A stretch of 64,000 bases of DNA from an uncultured Chloroflexia bacterium (GCA_963774265.1 CAVZDU010000006.1:128001-192000); one strand, 5' to 3'; counted from the first letter of the stretch, positions 24,324-34,073 are shown. A program made the numbers and translations. The notes: generated by a model not told the origin, from the sequence alone.

Positions 24324-25126
24324 TCCATCGCCTCCTCGCCCAGGTACGCTTCCAGCACCTTCGGGTTGTTCTGGATTTCGTGAGGCAGCCCCTCAGCGAT
24401 GGTCGCACCGAAGTCCAGCACCTTGATCCGCTCGCAGATGCCCATCACGAGGCGCATCTGATGCTCGATCAGGATAATCGTCAGATCAAACTCGCGGCGC
24501 ACCCACTGAATGAAATCCATGAGCTGGTTGATTTCCTTGGGGTTCATGCCTGCGGCCGGTTCATCCAACAACAGCAGCTTGGGGCGGGTGGCCAGGGCGC
24601 GGGCGATCTCCAGACGGCGCTGCGAGCCGTAGGGGAGGTTCTTGGCCTGATCATCGGCAAGGCCGTCGAGCTTAAAGGCTGCCAGCAGCGCCATGGCGTT
24701 TTCGGTGATCCGCCGTTCCTCGGACCCGTAACGGCCGGCGTGGAACAATGCTTCGACCGGGCTGTAGCCGACCAATGAGTAATGGGCCGTGCGGACGTTG
24801 TCCAGCACGGTCATGTCCTTGAACAGGCGGATCGTCTGGAAGGTGCGGGCGATACCCAGCCGGGTGATCTGGTTGGGTGTCCTGCCGATCAGCTCCTTGC
24901 CGCGCCCGGCGCCGGCGCCGTTGAAGACGATGCTGCCCTTGGATGCGCGATAGACACCCGTGATCAGGTTGAAGATGGTGGTCTTGCCCGCACCGTTGGG
25001 ACCGATGATGCCCACCAACTCCCCGGGTACCAGGTCGAGATCGAACCCCGAGACTGCGCACAGCCCGCCGAAGTAGTGGGTGACGCCCTTAGCCTGCAGC
25101 AAGAGGTTGTCGCCGTTAGCGGACAT
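24320..25126 (-). CDS. livG: Branched-chain amino acid-type ABC transporter ATPase
   Basis: GPNGAGKTT, ARTFQ, LPYGSQRRLEIARAL, DEPAAGMN. Confidence 0.9.
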   Translation of the reverse strand: MSANGDNLLLQAKGVTHYFGGLCAVSGFDLDLVPGELVGIIGPNGAGKTTIFNLITGVYRASKGSIVFNGAGAGRGKELIGRTPNQITRLGIARTFQTIRLFKDMTVLDNVRTAHYSLVGYSPVEALFHAGRYGSEERRITENAMALLAAFKLDGLADDQAKNLPYGSQRRLEIARALATRPKLLLLDEPAAGMNPKEINQLMDFIQWVRREFDLTIILIEHQMRLVMGICERIKVLDFGATIAEGLPHEIQNNPKVLEAYLGEEAME

Positions 25127-26177
25127 TGGCCACCTCCTGCTCTGCGGCGCCGGCCCCTGCATGCACCCGGCGCCAGAGCCGGCTGGCGATCAGGTCGTAG
25201 CCGGGCACGAACCAGCGAATCTCGCGCAGCCCCATGATCCCGCGCGGCCGGTAGATCATCAGGAGCACCAGGACCAACGGCATGAGAACCATGCGCCAGA
25301 CGCCGAGCGGCCGCAGCACCTCCAGCAGCACCGTGTAGATCGTCGCGCCGATGATCGAGCCGGCGATGGAGCCGATGCCGCCCAGGTAGACCATAATCAG
25401 AATATCGGTGGATTTGATGATATCGAACACGCGCGGGTTGATGAATTGGAGGACGTGCGCGAAGAGCCCGCCTGCAACGCCCGTAAAGAAGGCGGAGATG
25501 GTGAACGCCAGCAGCTTGACTCGCTTCGTGTCCACCCCCATCAGGTCGCTAGCGATTTCGTCCTCGCGGATCGAGATCACCCCCCGGCCATAGTTGGAGT
25601 AGATGAAGTTGCGGATCACCCAGAGCGTGATCACCACGCAAACGAACGTCCACGGCAGGGTGGTGAGCTTTGACATACCCAGGAAGCCGCGCGGCCCGCC
25701 GATCGCCTCGATGTTCTCGATGACAGATTTGACGATCATCAGGAACGCCAGCGTCACGATGGCCAGGTAATCGCCGCGCGTCTTGAACGAAGGCAGCGCG
25801 ACGATCAATCCGGCCAGCGCGGCCGCCAGCCCGCCCGCGATCAGAGCTACCGGAAACAAGAAGGCTTGGGCGCTCGCAGGAAAAACGCGCACGGTCAGGA
25901 TTGAAGCGACGTAAGCCCCGACGGCCATGAACCCGGCGTGGCCCACGGAGAACTCGCCCATGTAGCCGTTGACCAGGTTCAGGCTGGTGGTCAGGATGAT
26001 GTTGATCCCCACGTACATGAGGATCAGTTGCACGTATTGATCGAGCAAGCCCAGTGTGGGGATGGCGAAGGACAGGATCAGACCGGCGGCCAGCAGGATC
26101 GGCAGCAGCCGGCGGTTTGCCGCCAGCGCCTCCCAGCGTGCGCCCCAGGGCTTTTTCGTTGAAGGTAGCGTTGTCAT
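25116..26177 (-). CDS. livM: Branched-chain amino acid-type ABC transporter permease
   Basis: SLNLVNGYMGEFSVGHAGF, RGDYLAIVTLAF, RPRGIMG. Confidence 0.9.
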   Translation of the reverse strand: MTTLPSTKKPWGARWEALAANRRLLPILLAAGLILSFAIPTLGLLDQYVQLILMYVGINIILTTSLNLVNGYMGEFSVGHAGFMAVGAYVASILTVRVFPASAQAFLFPVALIAGGLAAALAGLIVALPSFKTRGDYLAIVTLAFLMIVKSVIENIEAIGGPRGFLGMSKLTTLPWTFVCVVITLWVIRNFIYSNYGRGVISIREDEIASDLMGVDTKRVKLLAFTISAFFTGVAGGLFAHVLQFINPRVFDIIKSTDILIMVYLGGIGSIAGSIIGATIYTVLLEVLRPLGVWRMVLMPLVLVLLMIYRPRGIMGLREIRWFVPGYDLIASRLWRRVHAGAGAAEQEVANVR

Positions 26178-26179
26178 CG

Positions 26180-27057
26180 TTACACCTTCTGCGGCCGCGG
26201 TTTGCCCAGGATCCCGTACGGCCGGAAGATGAGCAAGATCAGCAGGAGCGCGAACGCCACGAAATCGCGGTAGGTGGACCGGACCATATCGCTGCCACGA
26301 ATATCTCCACCGCGCCCAGGATGAACCCGCCGATCATCGCCCCGCGAATGTTGCCGATGCCGCCCACCACCGCTGCGATGAACGCCTTCCAGCCGATGAT
26401 GATGCCCATGTAGGGATCAATCACCGGGAACGCCAGGCTGTACATAGTGCCGGCCGCCGCGCCCAGGCTGGTGCCGATGGCGAAGGTGATCGAGATGACC
26501 GTGTTCAGCGGCACGCCCATCAACGGCACGATGGTCTTGTCCCACGAGATCGCGCGCATCGCCATCCCTACCATCGTCCGACTCACGATGAAGTCCAGCA
26601 GCAGCATCAATCCGATAGAGAGCAAGATGATCAGGACCTGCAGGAATGAGATGGAGACGCCCCCTACGTTCCAGACGATGTTCGGGATCAGCTGCGGGAT
26701 GTGCTCAGGGTAGGGATCGAGCGCCAGGGTGAAGTTCTCGAGGAAGATGCCGACCCCCAGCGCCGTGATGATGGCCGACACGCGCGGGGCCTGCCGCAGC
26801 GGCTTGTAGGCCAGCCGCTCGATCATGACCCCCAGCAGCGCCACGGCAAACATGGAGACCAGCAGGGTCGGCACGAAAGAGAGCTTGAGTATCGCCGCAG
26901 CCACAAAGCAAACGAACGCGCCCACCATGAACAGATCGCCGTGGGCGAAGTTGATCATGGTCAGGATGCCATAGACCATGGTGTAGCCCAGCGCGATCAG
27001 CGCGTAGATGCTGCCCAATTGGAGGGCATTGAGAGACTGTTGCAGGAAATAGGTCAT
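26180..27057 (-). CDS. livH: Branched-chain amino acid-type ABC transporter permease (frameshift near 3' end)
   Basis: GSIYALIALGYTMVYG, NFAHGD, KAFIAAVVGGIGN. Confidence 0.9.
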
Positions 27058-27070
27058 CGTGGGGCCTCAG

Positions 27071-27216
27071 GGGTGACGAGGTAACGAGGCGACACGGAGT
27101 GACACAGAGACGGGGAAACCGAGAGACACGGAGACAGGGCGATGGCATGCGCTGCACACATCACCGTGTCACCGTGTCTCCACTTCACCGTGTCACCCTG
27201 TCACCGCGTCAGCGTG
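27071..27216. repeat. Inverted pair of degenerate octamer tandem arrays (GACACGGA/T-like vs TCACCGTG-like)
   Basis: Left arm ...gacacggagtgacacagagacgggg...agacacggagacagggcgatg; right arm catcaccgtg-tcaccgtg-tctccact-tcaccgtg-tcaccctg-tcaccgcg-tcagcgtg. Confidence 0.8.
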
Positions 27217-28389
27217 TTACGGGTTGGCGTTCGCGAACCAGACGAACTTGTCGCCCTTGATCTGCAGGATTACGGCGCTCTTGATGGGGTCGCCGGAACC
27301 TTCCTGGAACTTCATGTTGCCGGTCACACCCTCGTAGCTCGGCACCTTGGCCAGCGCGTCGCGCACAGCCTGGCGGTCGACCTTGCCGGCGCTCTTGAGC
27401 GCGGTCCACAGCAGACCAAAAGCGTCGTAGGTCAGCGCGGCCACGTCGTCCGGAGTGGTGCCATACTTGGCCTTGTAGCCGTCAATGAACTTCTTGGCGA
27501 TCGGTGTGGCGATGTCGGCTGCGTAGTGCGTGCTGAAGTAGTAGCCCTCGCAGTCGGTGCCGCACAACTTGATCAGTTCCGCGCTGCCCCACGAGTCGCT
27601 GCCCACGAACGGCGCGGTGATGCCCAGGCGCTTGGCCTGCTGGATCTGCAGTGGCACTTCGCTGTAGTAGTTGGGCAGGAAGACCACGTCCGGCGCAGCG
27701 TCCTTGATCTTGGTGAGCTGGGCCGAGAAGTCCTTGTCGTTAGTGGTGTAGGTCTCGAAGGCTACCACCGTGCCGCCGTTCGCCTCGAAGCTCGCCTTGA
27801 AGACGTCGGCGATGCCCTTGTTGTATTCCGACGCCACGTCATACAGCACCGCGGCTTTTTTGGCCTTCAGGTCGTTCAGCGCGAATTTGGCGACCACCTG
27901 GCCCTGGAATGGGTCGATGAAGCAGGCGCGGAACACGTACTTCTTTGACGCATTGGTCTTCGCGTCCAGAGTCAGCTTGGCGTTGGTGGACCACGGGCTG
28001 ATCAGGACGACCTTCGAGCTTTCGGCAATTTCGGATGCGGGGATGGCGTAGCGACTGGCGTTGGGGCCGATGATCGCCACCACATTCTGCTGGGTGATGA
28101 GCTTCTGCGCGGCGGCAGCCGATTGGTCGGCCTTGCCAGCATTGTCCTCGATGAAGAACTCGATCTGATACTTCTTGCCGCCGACTTCGAGCCCCCCGGC
28201 GTCGTTGATCTCCTTCACCGCTATTTCAGCGGCGTTCTTGAACGAAGCACCCACGGCCGGGATGTCGCCTGTCAGCTCACCGATGCCGCCAACCTTGATG
28301 GTCTGTGGCGTACTTGCGGCCGGAGCGCACCCCGTCAGGACCAGGCTGATGATCGTCAGCACGACCACTGCAAAAGACACTCTTCTCAT
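27217..28389 (-). CDS. LivK/LivJ-family ABC substrate-binding lipoprotein
   Basis: Lipobox LTGC, IKVGGIGELTG, FRACFIDPFQG, DFSAQLTKIK. Confidence 0.9.
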   Translation of the reverse strand: MRRVSFAVVVLTIISLVLTGCAPAASTPQTIKVGGIGELTGDIPAVGASFKNAAEIAVKEINDAGGLEVGGKKYQIEFFIEDNAGKADQSAAAAQKLITQQNVVAIIGPNASRYAIPASEIAESSKVVLISPWSTNAKLTLDAKTNASKKYVFRACFIDPFQGQVVAKFALNDLKAKKAAVLYDVASEYNKGIADVFKASFEANGGTVVAFETYTTNDKDFSAQLTKIKDAAPDVVFLPNYYSEVPLQIQQAKRLGITAPFVGSDSWGSAELIKLCGTDCEGYYFSTHYAADIATPIAKKFIDGYKAKYGTTPDDVAALTYDAFGLLWTALKSAGKVDRQAVRDALAKVPSYEGVTGNMKFQEGSGDPIKSAVILQIKGDKFVWFANANP

Positions 28390-28559
28390 GGATTCCTCCC
28401 TTTGACTTTGCTGAGAGTTGGAATGGAACGGTCAACTAGAGAAAATCGGCGGTGCGAGGAACGGGTCACCCCTTCATGAAACGAAGTAGCTTCACCTCCC
28501 CACGCAATTGACAGATGCCCAGCCAGGGAGCCGCGGCGAACGAACCACTGTAGAACTCA

Positions 28560-28588
28560 AGTCTAGTTGATTGCCGGCGGTATGTCAA
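28560..28588 (-). promoter_or_regulatory. sigma70 promoter of the liv-alr operon, implying a leader of about 165 nt
   Basis: Minus strand TTGACA-taccgccggcaatcaac(17)-TAGACT. Confidence 0.65.
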
Positions 28589-28787
28589 ACCGCGATTCCC
28601 TGGCGGACCCGGCTAACCATGCACAAGCCTCCGGTTTCTGGTGAAGTGTCGTAGCTATAACCACCGGTCCGAGCTCAGGCCCTGCGCCCAGGGCCGTCGC
28701 GGTTGCGGGACCCTCCTCTTGTATGGTACAGTACCCTCGCTGTTCCGCATGCCACACTCAACGCGGTTTATGTCAAGGAGGACATGA

Positions 28788-29951
28788 GTGGCTCTTCCAC
28801 AGCTCTTCGAGTTCTACGTGCGGCCGCGCATCCTCTACGGCCCTCGCAGCGTGCGTGAAGTTGGCTTCGAGGCGAAGAAACTCGGCTGCACGTGCGCGGT
28901 GATTGTCACCGACAGGGTGTTGCATCAGGCGGGGTTAGCGCAGAAGGTCGTCGACGGCCTCGCGGGGTCCGGCGTGACGCTGGGCGGCATCTTCGATGAT
29001 GTGCCGCCCAACTCCGAAGTGGGTGTCGTACAAAGGGGCGCAGACTTCGCACGCGATGCCGGCTGCGATCTCCTGATCGCTCTGGGCGGCGGCAGTGTGA
29101 TGGACACCGCGAAGGGAATGAACGTGCTGCTGTCCGAGGGAGGCAGCCTGCTCGACTACGAAGGCGCCGGCCTCCTCACCCGTCCCCTCCGTCCCCTCAT
29201 CGCCATTCCCACCACCGCGGGCACAGGCAGCGAGGTCACCATCGCCGCGGTGATCCGGGACGAAGCCCAGGGGCTCAAGCTGGAGTTCAACAGCCCCTTC
29301 ATGATGCCGGACGTCGCGATCCTGGACCCGGAGCTGACCCTCTCCCTGCCCCCCGGCCTCACCGCGGCCACGGGGATGGATGCGCTGACGCACGCCATCG
29401 AGTCCTACGTTTCCACCGGGACACAGCCGTTGAGCGACGCAATGGCCATCGGCGCCATTAAGATGATCTCGGCAAACCTGCGCCAGGCCGTGCACCACGG
29501 CGAGGACCTGGAGGCACGCGGCAACATGCTGCTGGCCGCCAACATGGCAGGGATCGCGTTCAGCAACTCTCTGTGTGGCATCGTGCACGCCATGGCGCAC
29601 CCGTGTGGCGGCCGTTACGGTGTGCCGCACGGGGTCGCCAACAGCATCCTCCTGCCCTACGGCATGGAGTACAATCAGCCGGCCTGCGCCTCGCGGCTGG
29701 CTGACGTGGCCGCCGCGCTGGGCGTCGACACGCGCGGGATGGACGACGATGCCGCGGCGGCCGCCGGCATTGAGGCCGTGCGCCAGTTGGCGCGCGACTG
29801 CAGTCTGCCCACCCGCTTGTCGGAGGTCGGCGTGCCCCACGATGGCCTGGCACAGCTGGCCGAGGACTCGCAAGGCGACGCCATGATGATGACCAATCCG
29901 GTGTATGCAGGCGAGGAGGATGTCCTCGCGCTGTACGAGGCCGCGTACTGA
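28788..29951 (+). CDS. Iron-containing alcohol dehydrogenase
   Basis: ALGGGSVMDTAKG, IPTTAGTGSEVT, GMDALTHAIES, VHAMAH, HGVAN. Confidence 0.95.
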   Translation: MALPQLFEFYVRPRILYGPRSVREVGFEAKKLGCTCAVIVTDRVLHQAGLAQKVVDGLAGSGVTLGGIFDDVPPNSEVGVVQRGADFARDAGCDLLIALGGGSVMDTAKGMNVLLSEGGSLLDYEGAGLLTRPLRPLIAIPTTAGTGSEVTIAAVIRDEAQGLKLEFNSPFMMPDVAILDPELTLSLPPGLTAATGMDALTHAIESYVSTGTQPLSDAMAIGAIKMISANLRQAVHHGEDLEARGNMLLAANMAGIAFSNSLCGIVHAMAHPCGGRYGVPHGVANSILLPYGMEYNQPACASRLADVAAALGVDTRGMDDDAAAAAGIEAVRQLARDCSLPTRLSEVGVPHDGLAQLAEDSQGDAMMMTNPVYAGEEDVLALYEAAY

Positions 29952-29966
29952 CCCAGGCGCCACCCC

Positions 29967-29999
29967 AGGTGCCCGGCACTTGGGAAGTGCCGGGCACCT
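29967..29999. repeat. REP-like palindrome, same family as 4490-4524
   Basis: aggtgcccggcactt-ggg-aagtgccgggcacct. Confidence 0.85.
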
Positions 30000-30022
30000 T
30001 ACTACACAATAAGGAGAATCTC

Positions 30023-30436
30023 ATGCCAGTTTTCAAAGATGCCGAACAACTCTACGATTGCCTCGGCGCCGTCCTGGAGTACTTGCGAGACAATGAATCA
30101 GTGGCCACCGCGTTACTCAAGTCCGGCCTGGTTATCCGCTTCAAGTACAGCGACCCCGAGAGCGAAATCACCATCGATGGCAGCCGGGATCCCATCGAGC
30201 TCTTCCGCGGTCCCTGCGACCGCACACCGATCGTGGACATGGCGATGTCGGCCGATACGGCGCACCAGTTCTGGCTGGGCAAAGTGAACCTCGTCGCGGC
30301 CCTCACCCGAGGCGTCATGACCGCCAAAGGCCCCATTCCGGCCATCATGAAGCTGCTGCCTGTGATCACACCGGCGTACAAGCAATATCCGGAAATCTTG
30401 CGAGCGAAGGGGCTGGAGAGCCTTATTAACGCGTAG
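30023..30436 (+). CDS. SCP2 sterol/lipid-binding domain protein
   Basis: SD AAGGAG; MSADTAHQFWLGKVNLVAALTRGVMTAKGP is an SCP2 signature. Confidence 0.8.
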   Translation: MPVFKDAEQLYDCLGAVLEYLRDNESVATALLKSGLVIRFKYSDPESEITIDGSRDPIELFRGPCDRTPIVDMAMSADTAHQFWLGKVNLVAALTRGVMTAKGPIPAIMKLLPVITPAYKQYPEILRAKGLESLINA

Positions 30437-30447
30437 GAGAGTGTCTC

Positions 30448-32292
30448 ATGTACGGCTACGCTGGCAAATTGCTCGAAGTTGATCTGAGCGCCGGCACGCT
30501 GACCGAGATCGCGTTGGCGCCGGAGCCGGCGCGGGACTATATCGGGGGCAGCGGACTGGCGGCCCGGCTCTACCTGGACCACCTCGGTGGGCCGCCCTAT
30601 CCCGGTCCGCTCGACGCGGCCAGCCCCCTGATCGTGATGACCGGGCCGGTGGCGGGCCATCTGCTGCCGGGATCCAGCCGCTTCGCCATCTGCGGCCGTT
30701 CGCCCCAAACCGGTTTCTGGGGCGAGGCCAGCTGCGGCGGCTTCTTCGCGCCGGCACTGAAAGCGGCAGGGTATGATGGCCTGATCATCACCGGCGCGGC
30801 GGCCAGCCCGGTTTATCTGCTCGTCGAAAACGGCCGGGCCGAGCTGGTTGACGCGACCGACCTGTGGGGCCGCGACACCTACGAGACCGACGATGCCCTG
30901 AAGGCGCGCCATGGCGCCGCGGCCCGTACGCTGAGCATCGGCCCGGCAGGTGAAAACCTGGTGCGCTATGCTGCGGTCATCCACGATAAGGGGCACGCGG
31001 CCGGCCGCACCGGCATGGGCGCGGTGATGGGCAGCAAGCACTTGAAGGCAATCGTGGCGCTGGGCCGGGGCAAGCCGGTCGTGGCCGCGCCCGCGGCGCT
31101 CAAGCCGCTGCGCGAGGACGTTCTGGAGAAGCAGGGGGACAACCTCACGTCGCAGACCATCCAGGCTTTCGGCACCGACGGCGCGATGTACGTGGGTTCG
31201 CTGATGGGCGATGTGCCCTTCCGCAACTGGAGCATCGGCGAGTGGGATGACGACGCGATCCAGGCGCTGGACGGCGCTGTAATGCAGGAGACGATCCTCA
31301 CCGGCACGGGCACCTGCCATTCGTGCTCGGTGGCGTGCAAGCGCGTGGTCGCCGTGCCGGACGGGCCGTATCCCGTGGCGAAAGGCCCCGGCCCCGAATA
31401 CGAAACGGTGGCCGCGTTCGGGTCCATGACGCTGGTTTCGGACCTGAAGGCGATCGCCGCGGCCAACGACCGCTGTAATCGCTACGGGTTGGATACGATC
31501 TCGTGCGGCGCGACCATCGCATTCGCCATCGAAGCGACTGAGGCTGGGCTGCTGGAAAGCAACCTCAGCTGGGGGGATGCAGCGGGAATCCTCGATGCAG
31601 TGGATGCCATCGCCTATCGCCGCGGCATCGGCGATCTGCTGGCCGAAGGATCCGCGGCTGTCGCGGCCCGGCTCGGACCGGACGCGGCCCAGTTCGCGGT
31701 CACGGTCAAGGGGCTGGAGGTCGCCATGCACAGCCCGCGCACCTATCACGGCCTGGGACTCGGCTATGCCACCGCGCCGCGCGGCGCGTGCCACAACGCG
31801 GCCAACGTCTACCTGATGATGGGTGGCGTCCTCTACCCGGAGCTTGGCGTGGAGGGTGGACTGCCGGACCAGTCGAGCGAGGGCAAGGCGTTCGTCTCGG
31901 CCGTAGGGCAGGACTACGCATGCATCCAGAACGCGGCGAGCTTCTGCATGCTGAACAACCTCAACTTCACCGTGACACAGGTGGTCGAGGCGTTAGCCGC
32001 TGTGACGGGCGCGCCCTATACCGTGGAGGAGATCAGCCGGGCCGGTGAGCGGCTGTGGCAGCTCAAGCACGGCATCAACGTCCTGCTGGGCGCCACCGCG
32101 GCCGACGACCGCCTGCCGCCGCGGCTGCTGGAACCGCTGGAGGATGGCCCAACCGCCGGGTCTGCGCCGGACATGGCGCTGATGCTCCCTGAGTTCTACG
32201 CCCTGCGCGACCTGGACGCGGAGGGCCGGCCCTCGCGCGGCCGGCTGGAGAAGCTTGGGCTGAAGGATCTGGCCGACGCGCTCGGGGTGTAG
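30448..32292 (+). CDS. Tungsten-dependent aldehyde ferredoxin oxidoreductase (AOR family)
   Basis: GYAGKLLEVDLS, SIGPAGENLV, AGRTGMGAVMGSKHLKAI, CHSCSVAC, GPEYET, GLDTIS, RGACH. Confidence 0.93.
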   Translation: MYGYAGKLLEVDLSAGTLTEIALAPEPARDYIGGSGLAARLYLDHLGGPPYPGPLDAASPLIVMTGPVAGHLLPGSSRFAICGRSPQTGFWGEASCGGFFAPALKAAGYDGLIITGAAASPVYLLVENGRAELVDATDLWGRDTYETDDALKARHGAAARTLSIGPAGENLVRYAAVIHDKGHAAGRTGMGAVMGSKHLKAIVALGRGKPVVAAPAALKPLREDVLEKQGDNLTSQTIQAFGTDGAMYVGSLMGDVPFRNWSIGEWDDDAIQALDGAVMQETILTGTGTCHSCSVACKRVVAVPDGPYPVAKGPGPEYETVAAFGSMTLVSDLKAIAAANDRCNRYGLDTISCGATIAFAIEATEAGLLESNLSWGDAAGILDAVDAIAYRRGIGDLLAEGSAAVAARLGPDAAQFAVTVKGLEVAMHSPRTYHGLGLGYATAPRGACHNAANVYLMMGGVLYPELGVEGGLPDQSSEGKAFVSAVGQDYACIQNAASFCMLNNLNFTVTQVVEALAAVTGAPYTVEEISRAGERLWQLKHGINVLLGATAADDRLPPRLLEPLEDGPTAGSAPDMALMLPEFYALRDLDAEGRPSRGRLEKLGLKDLADALGV

Positions 32293-32317
32293 ATAGCCGG
32301 GGCGGAGGAGACACACG

Positions 32318-32491
32318 GTGAATTACGGCTACTTCGATGATGCCGCGCGCGAGTATGTCATCGTCCGCCCCGACACGCCTGTCTCGTGGAGCAACTACTT
32401 TGGTGACACCCGCTACGGCGCGGTGATCACCAACAACGCCGGCGGCTACGGCTTCTACCGGTCGGGCGCTCGCGGTAGTGTTGGGAAATAG
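32318..32491 (+). pseudogene. Truncated N-terminal stump of a GH94 cellobiose/chitobiose phosphorylase
   Basis: SD GGAGGAG, GTG start; MNYGYFDDAAREYVIVRPDTPVSWSNYFGDTRYGAVITNNAGGYGFYRSGARGSVGK* matches the GH94 N-terminus, then stops after 57 aa. Confidence 0.8.
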
Positions 32492-32508
32492 TAACCCTGG
32501 AGGAAATC

Positions 32509-33294
32509 ATGGCTGAATCGGAACCCATCATCAGTTTGACGGCAGATCGCACCCTGATCAAGCCCGGTGAGCCCGTGACCATTCGCTGGCATGTCGAAGG
32601 CGTCAAGGAGGTCTACTTCTTCGCCCACGGCGAGGACTGGAAAGACCACGGCGTGGCAGGCGTGGCCGAACGCACGGTGAGCCCGTCCCAGACGACCACC
32701 TACCGCCTGCTGGTAATCCGGCGCGATGACCAGCGTGAGACGCGCAGCATCGAAATTCACGTACGAGAACAGGCAAGGCTGCCGGTCGGCCAGATGTTCT
32801 CAGTCGACACAACGACGGTGGAGCCCGGCGAATGCGCCACCTTCCGCTGGTATGTGGAAGGCGTCAAGGCGGTCTACTTCTTCGCTGAGGGCCAGAGTTG
32901 GCCGAACCACGGCGTGGCAGGCGTGGCCGAGCAGAAGGTCTGCCCAGCGCAAACAACCACTTACCGTTTGCGGGTGGTCAGGGCCGACGACTCCATCGAG
33001 GAACACGAGATTACCGTCCAGGTCCGAGTCCTGGGTTGGGTCGGCAATCAGATCGTCGCGGTCGACCGGGTCCTGATCCGGCCCGGTGAATGCGTGACAT
33101 TCCGCTGGCGCGTGGAAGGGGTCAAGGCCGTCCACTTCCACGCCGAGAACGAACCCTGGCAGGAGCATGGCGTGGCTGGCGTCGCAGAACAGCAGGTCTG
33201 TCTGGACGCGACAACCACCTATTGCCTCCGGGTGGTCAAAGCCGATGATTCGCTGGAGATCCACTACATTACTGTGACGGTATCTCCGAGCTAG
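32509..33294 (+). CDS. Hypothetical protein of three tandem ~83-aa beta-rich repeats
   Basis: Repeat IxPGExxTxRWxVEGVKxVyFxAxxxxWxxHGVAGVAExxVxxxxTTTYxLxV occurs three times. Confidence 0.85.
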   Translation: MAESEPIISLTADRTLIKPGEPVTIRWHVEGVKEVYFFAHGEDWKDHGVAGVAERTVSPSQTTTYRLLVIRRDDQRETRSIEIHVREQARLPVGQMFSVDTTTVEPGECATFRWYVEGVKAVYFFAEGQSWPNHGVAGVAEQKVCPAQTTTYRLRVVRADDSIEEHEITVQVRVLGWVGNQIVAVDRVLIRPGECVTFRWRVEGVKAVHFHAENEPWQEHGVAGVAEQQVCLDATTTYCLRVVKADDSLEIHYITVTVSPS

Positions 33295-33301
33295 CGCGAG
33301 G

Positions 33302-33321
33302 GGGGGCGTGGTCACGCCCCC
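33302..33321. repeat. REP-like hairpin (GGGGCGT...ACGCCCC family)
   Basis: gggggcgtg-gt-cacgccccc; relatives at 50377 and 53601. Confidence 0.6.
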
Positions 33322-33442
33322 TATCACCCTCCCGTCATACAAAGCCCGCGCACCGATAACCTTCTTCGTAGGTCAGGGCACCGTCAGGCGTCAGGGTCCC
33401 CCCCGTTCGCCTCTGCGCGGTGTGGGCCGGCGGAGCCTCTGC

Positions 33443-34073
33443 CTATCCCCGCGTCATGCCCAGTGAAGCCGGAAAACGCGCGCGCTCCCCGGTGATGACA
33501 AACAGCATGTGACGGTCTTCGACCAGTCGCAGACGCGCCGATCTCTGGCGCGGGCACCGCGTTGACATCCCACCAGCGCCTGATGAACCACTCCAGCCGA
33601 AAGACCCGATCCTCGCGCCAGAAATCCGGGTAGGGGTCGCGGAGTGTAATCAGCCCGCGCCGCCGATCGACGCGCGTCACGATGCTGTAGTGGCCGTAGT
33701 CGCCCTCATCGAAGTCTTCGTCTTCCTCACTCTCCTCAAACAATCCCTGCCACTCCACACCTGCCGGGCAGCGGTAGCGGCACACCACGGCGACCAGGTC
33801 CTCCGCGCTCGCCTGGTTCTTGTACCACAAACAGACGCCCGCGCGCAGCCAGGCCACCGCTTGGGCAAGCTGGTCAACACGGGCGCCATGCACTTCAATC
33901 GTCGCCGCCACGTCGGCCAATTCGGTCAGGCGTTCCTGGTTCGCGGCCACCCCGCGCTGGCCGAGCAGCATCTGCAACACCGCCGGGCCGCAGTGATACT
34001 CGGAAATCTGACGGATGCGAGGCAGCGCGAGCGGCTTACAGCCGCTGCTCAGGGGCATAGATTCGGCGGGCAT
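33443..34073 (-). CDS. Peptidase C39-like (papain-fold) protein, frameshift near 3' end
   Basis: RQISEYHCGPAVLQMLL (Q...C), YGHYSIV (H), LRDPY (D). Confidence 0.75.

Noticed and set aside
27071-27216. Octamer arrays as CRISPR or a coding repeat
   Set aside because: Degenerate 8-mers in inverted arrangement with no repeat-spacer structure. The overlapping ORFs are shadows.
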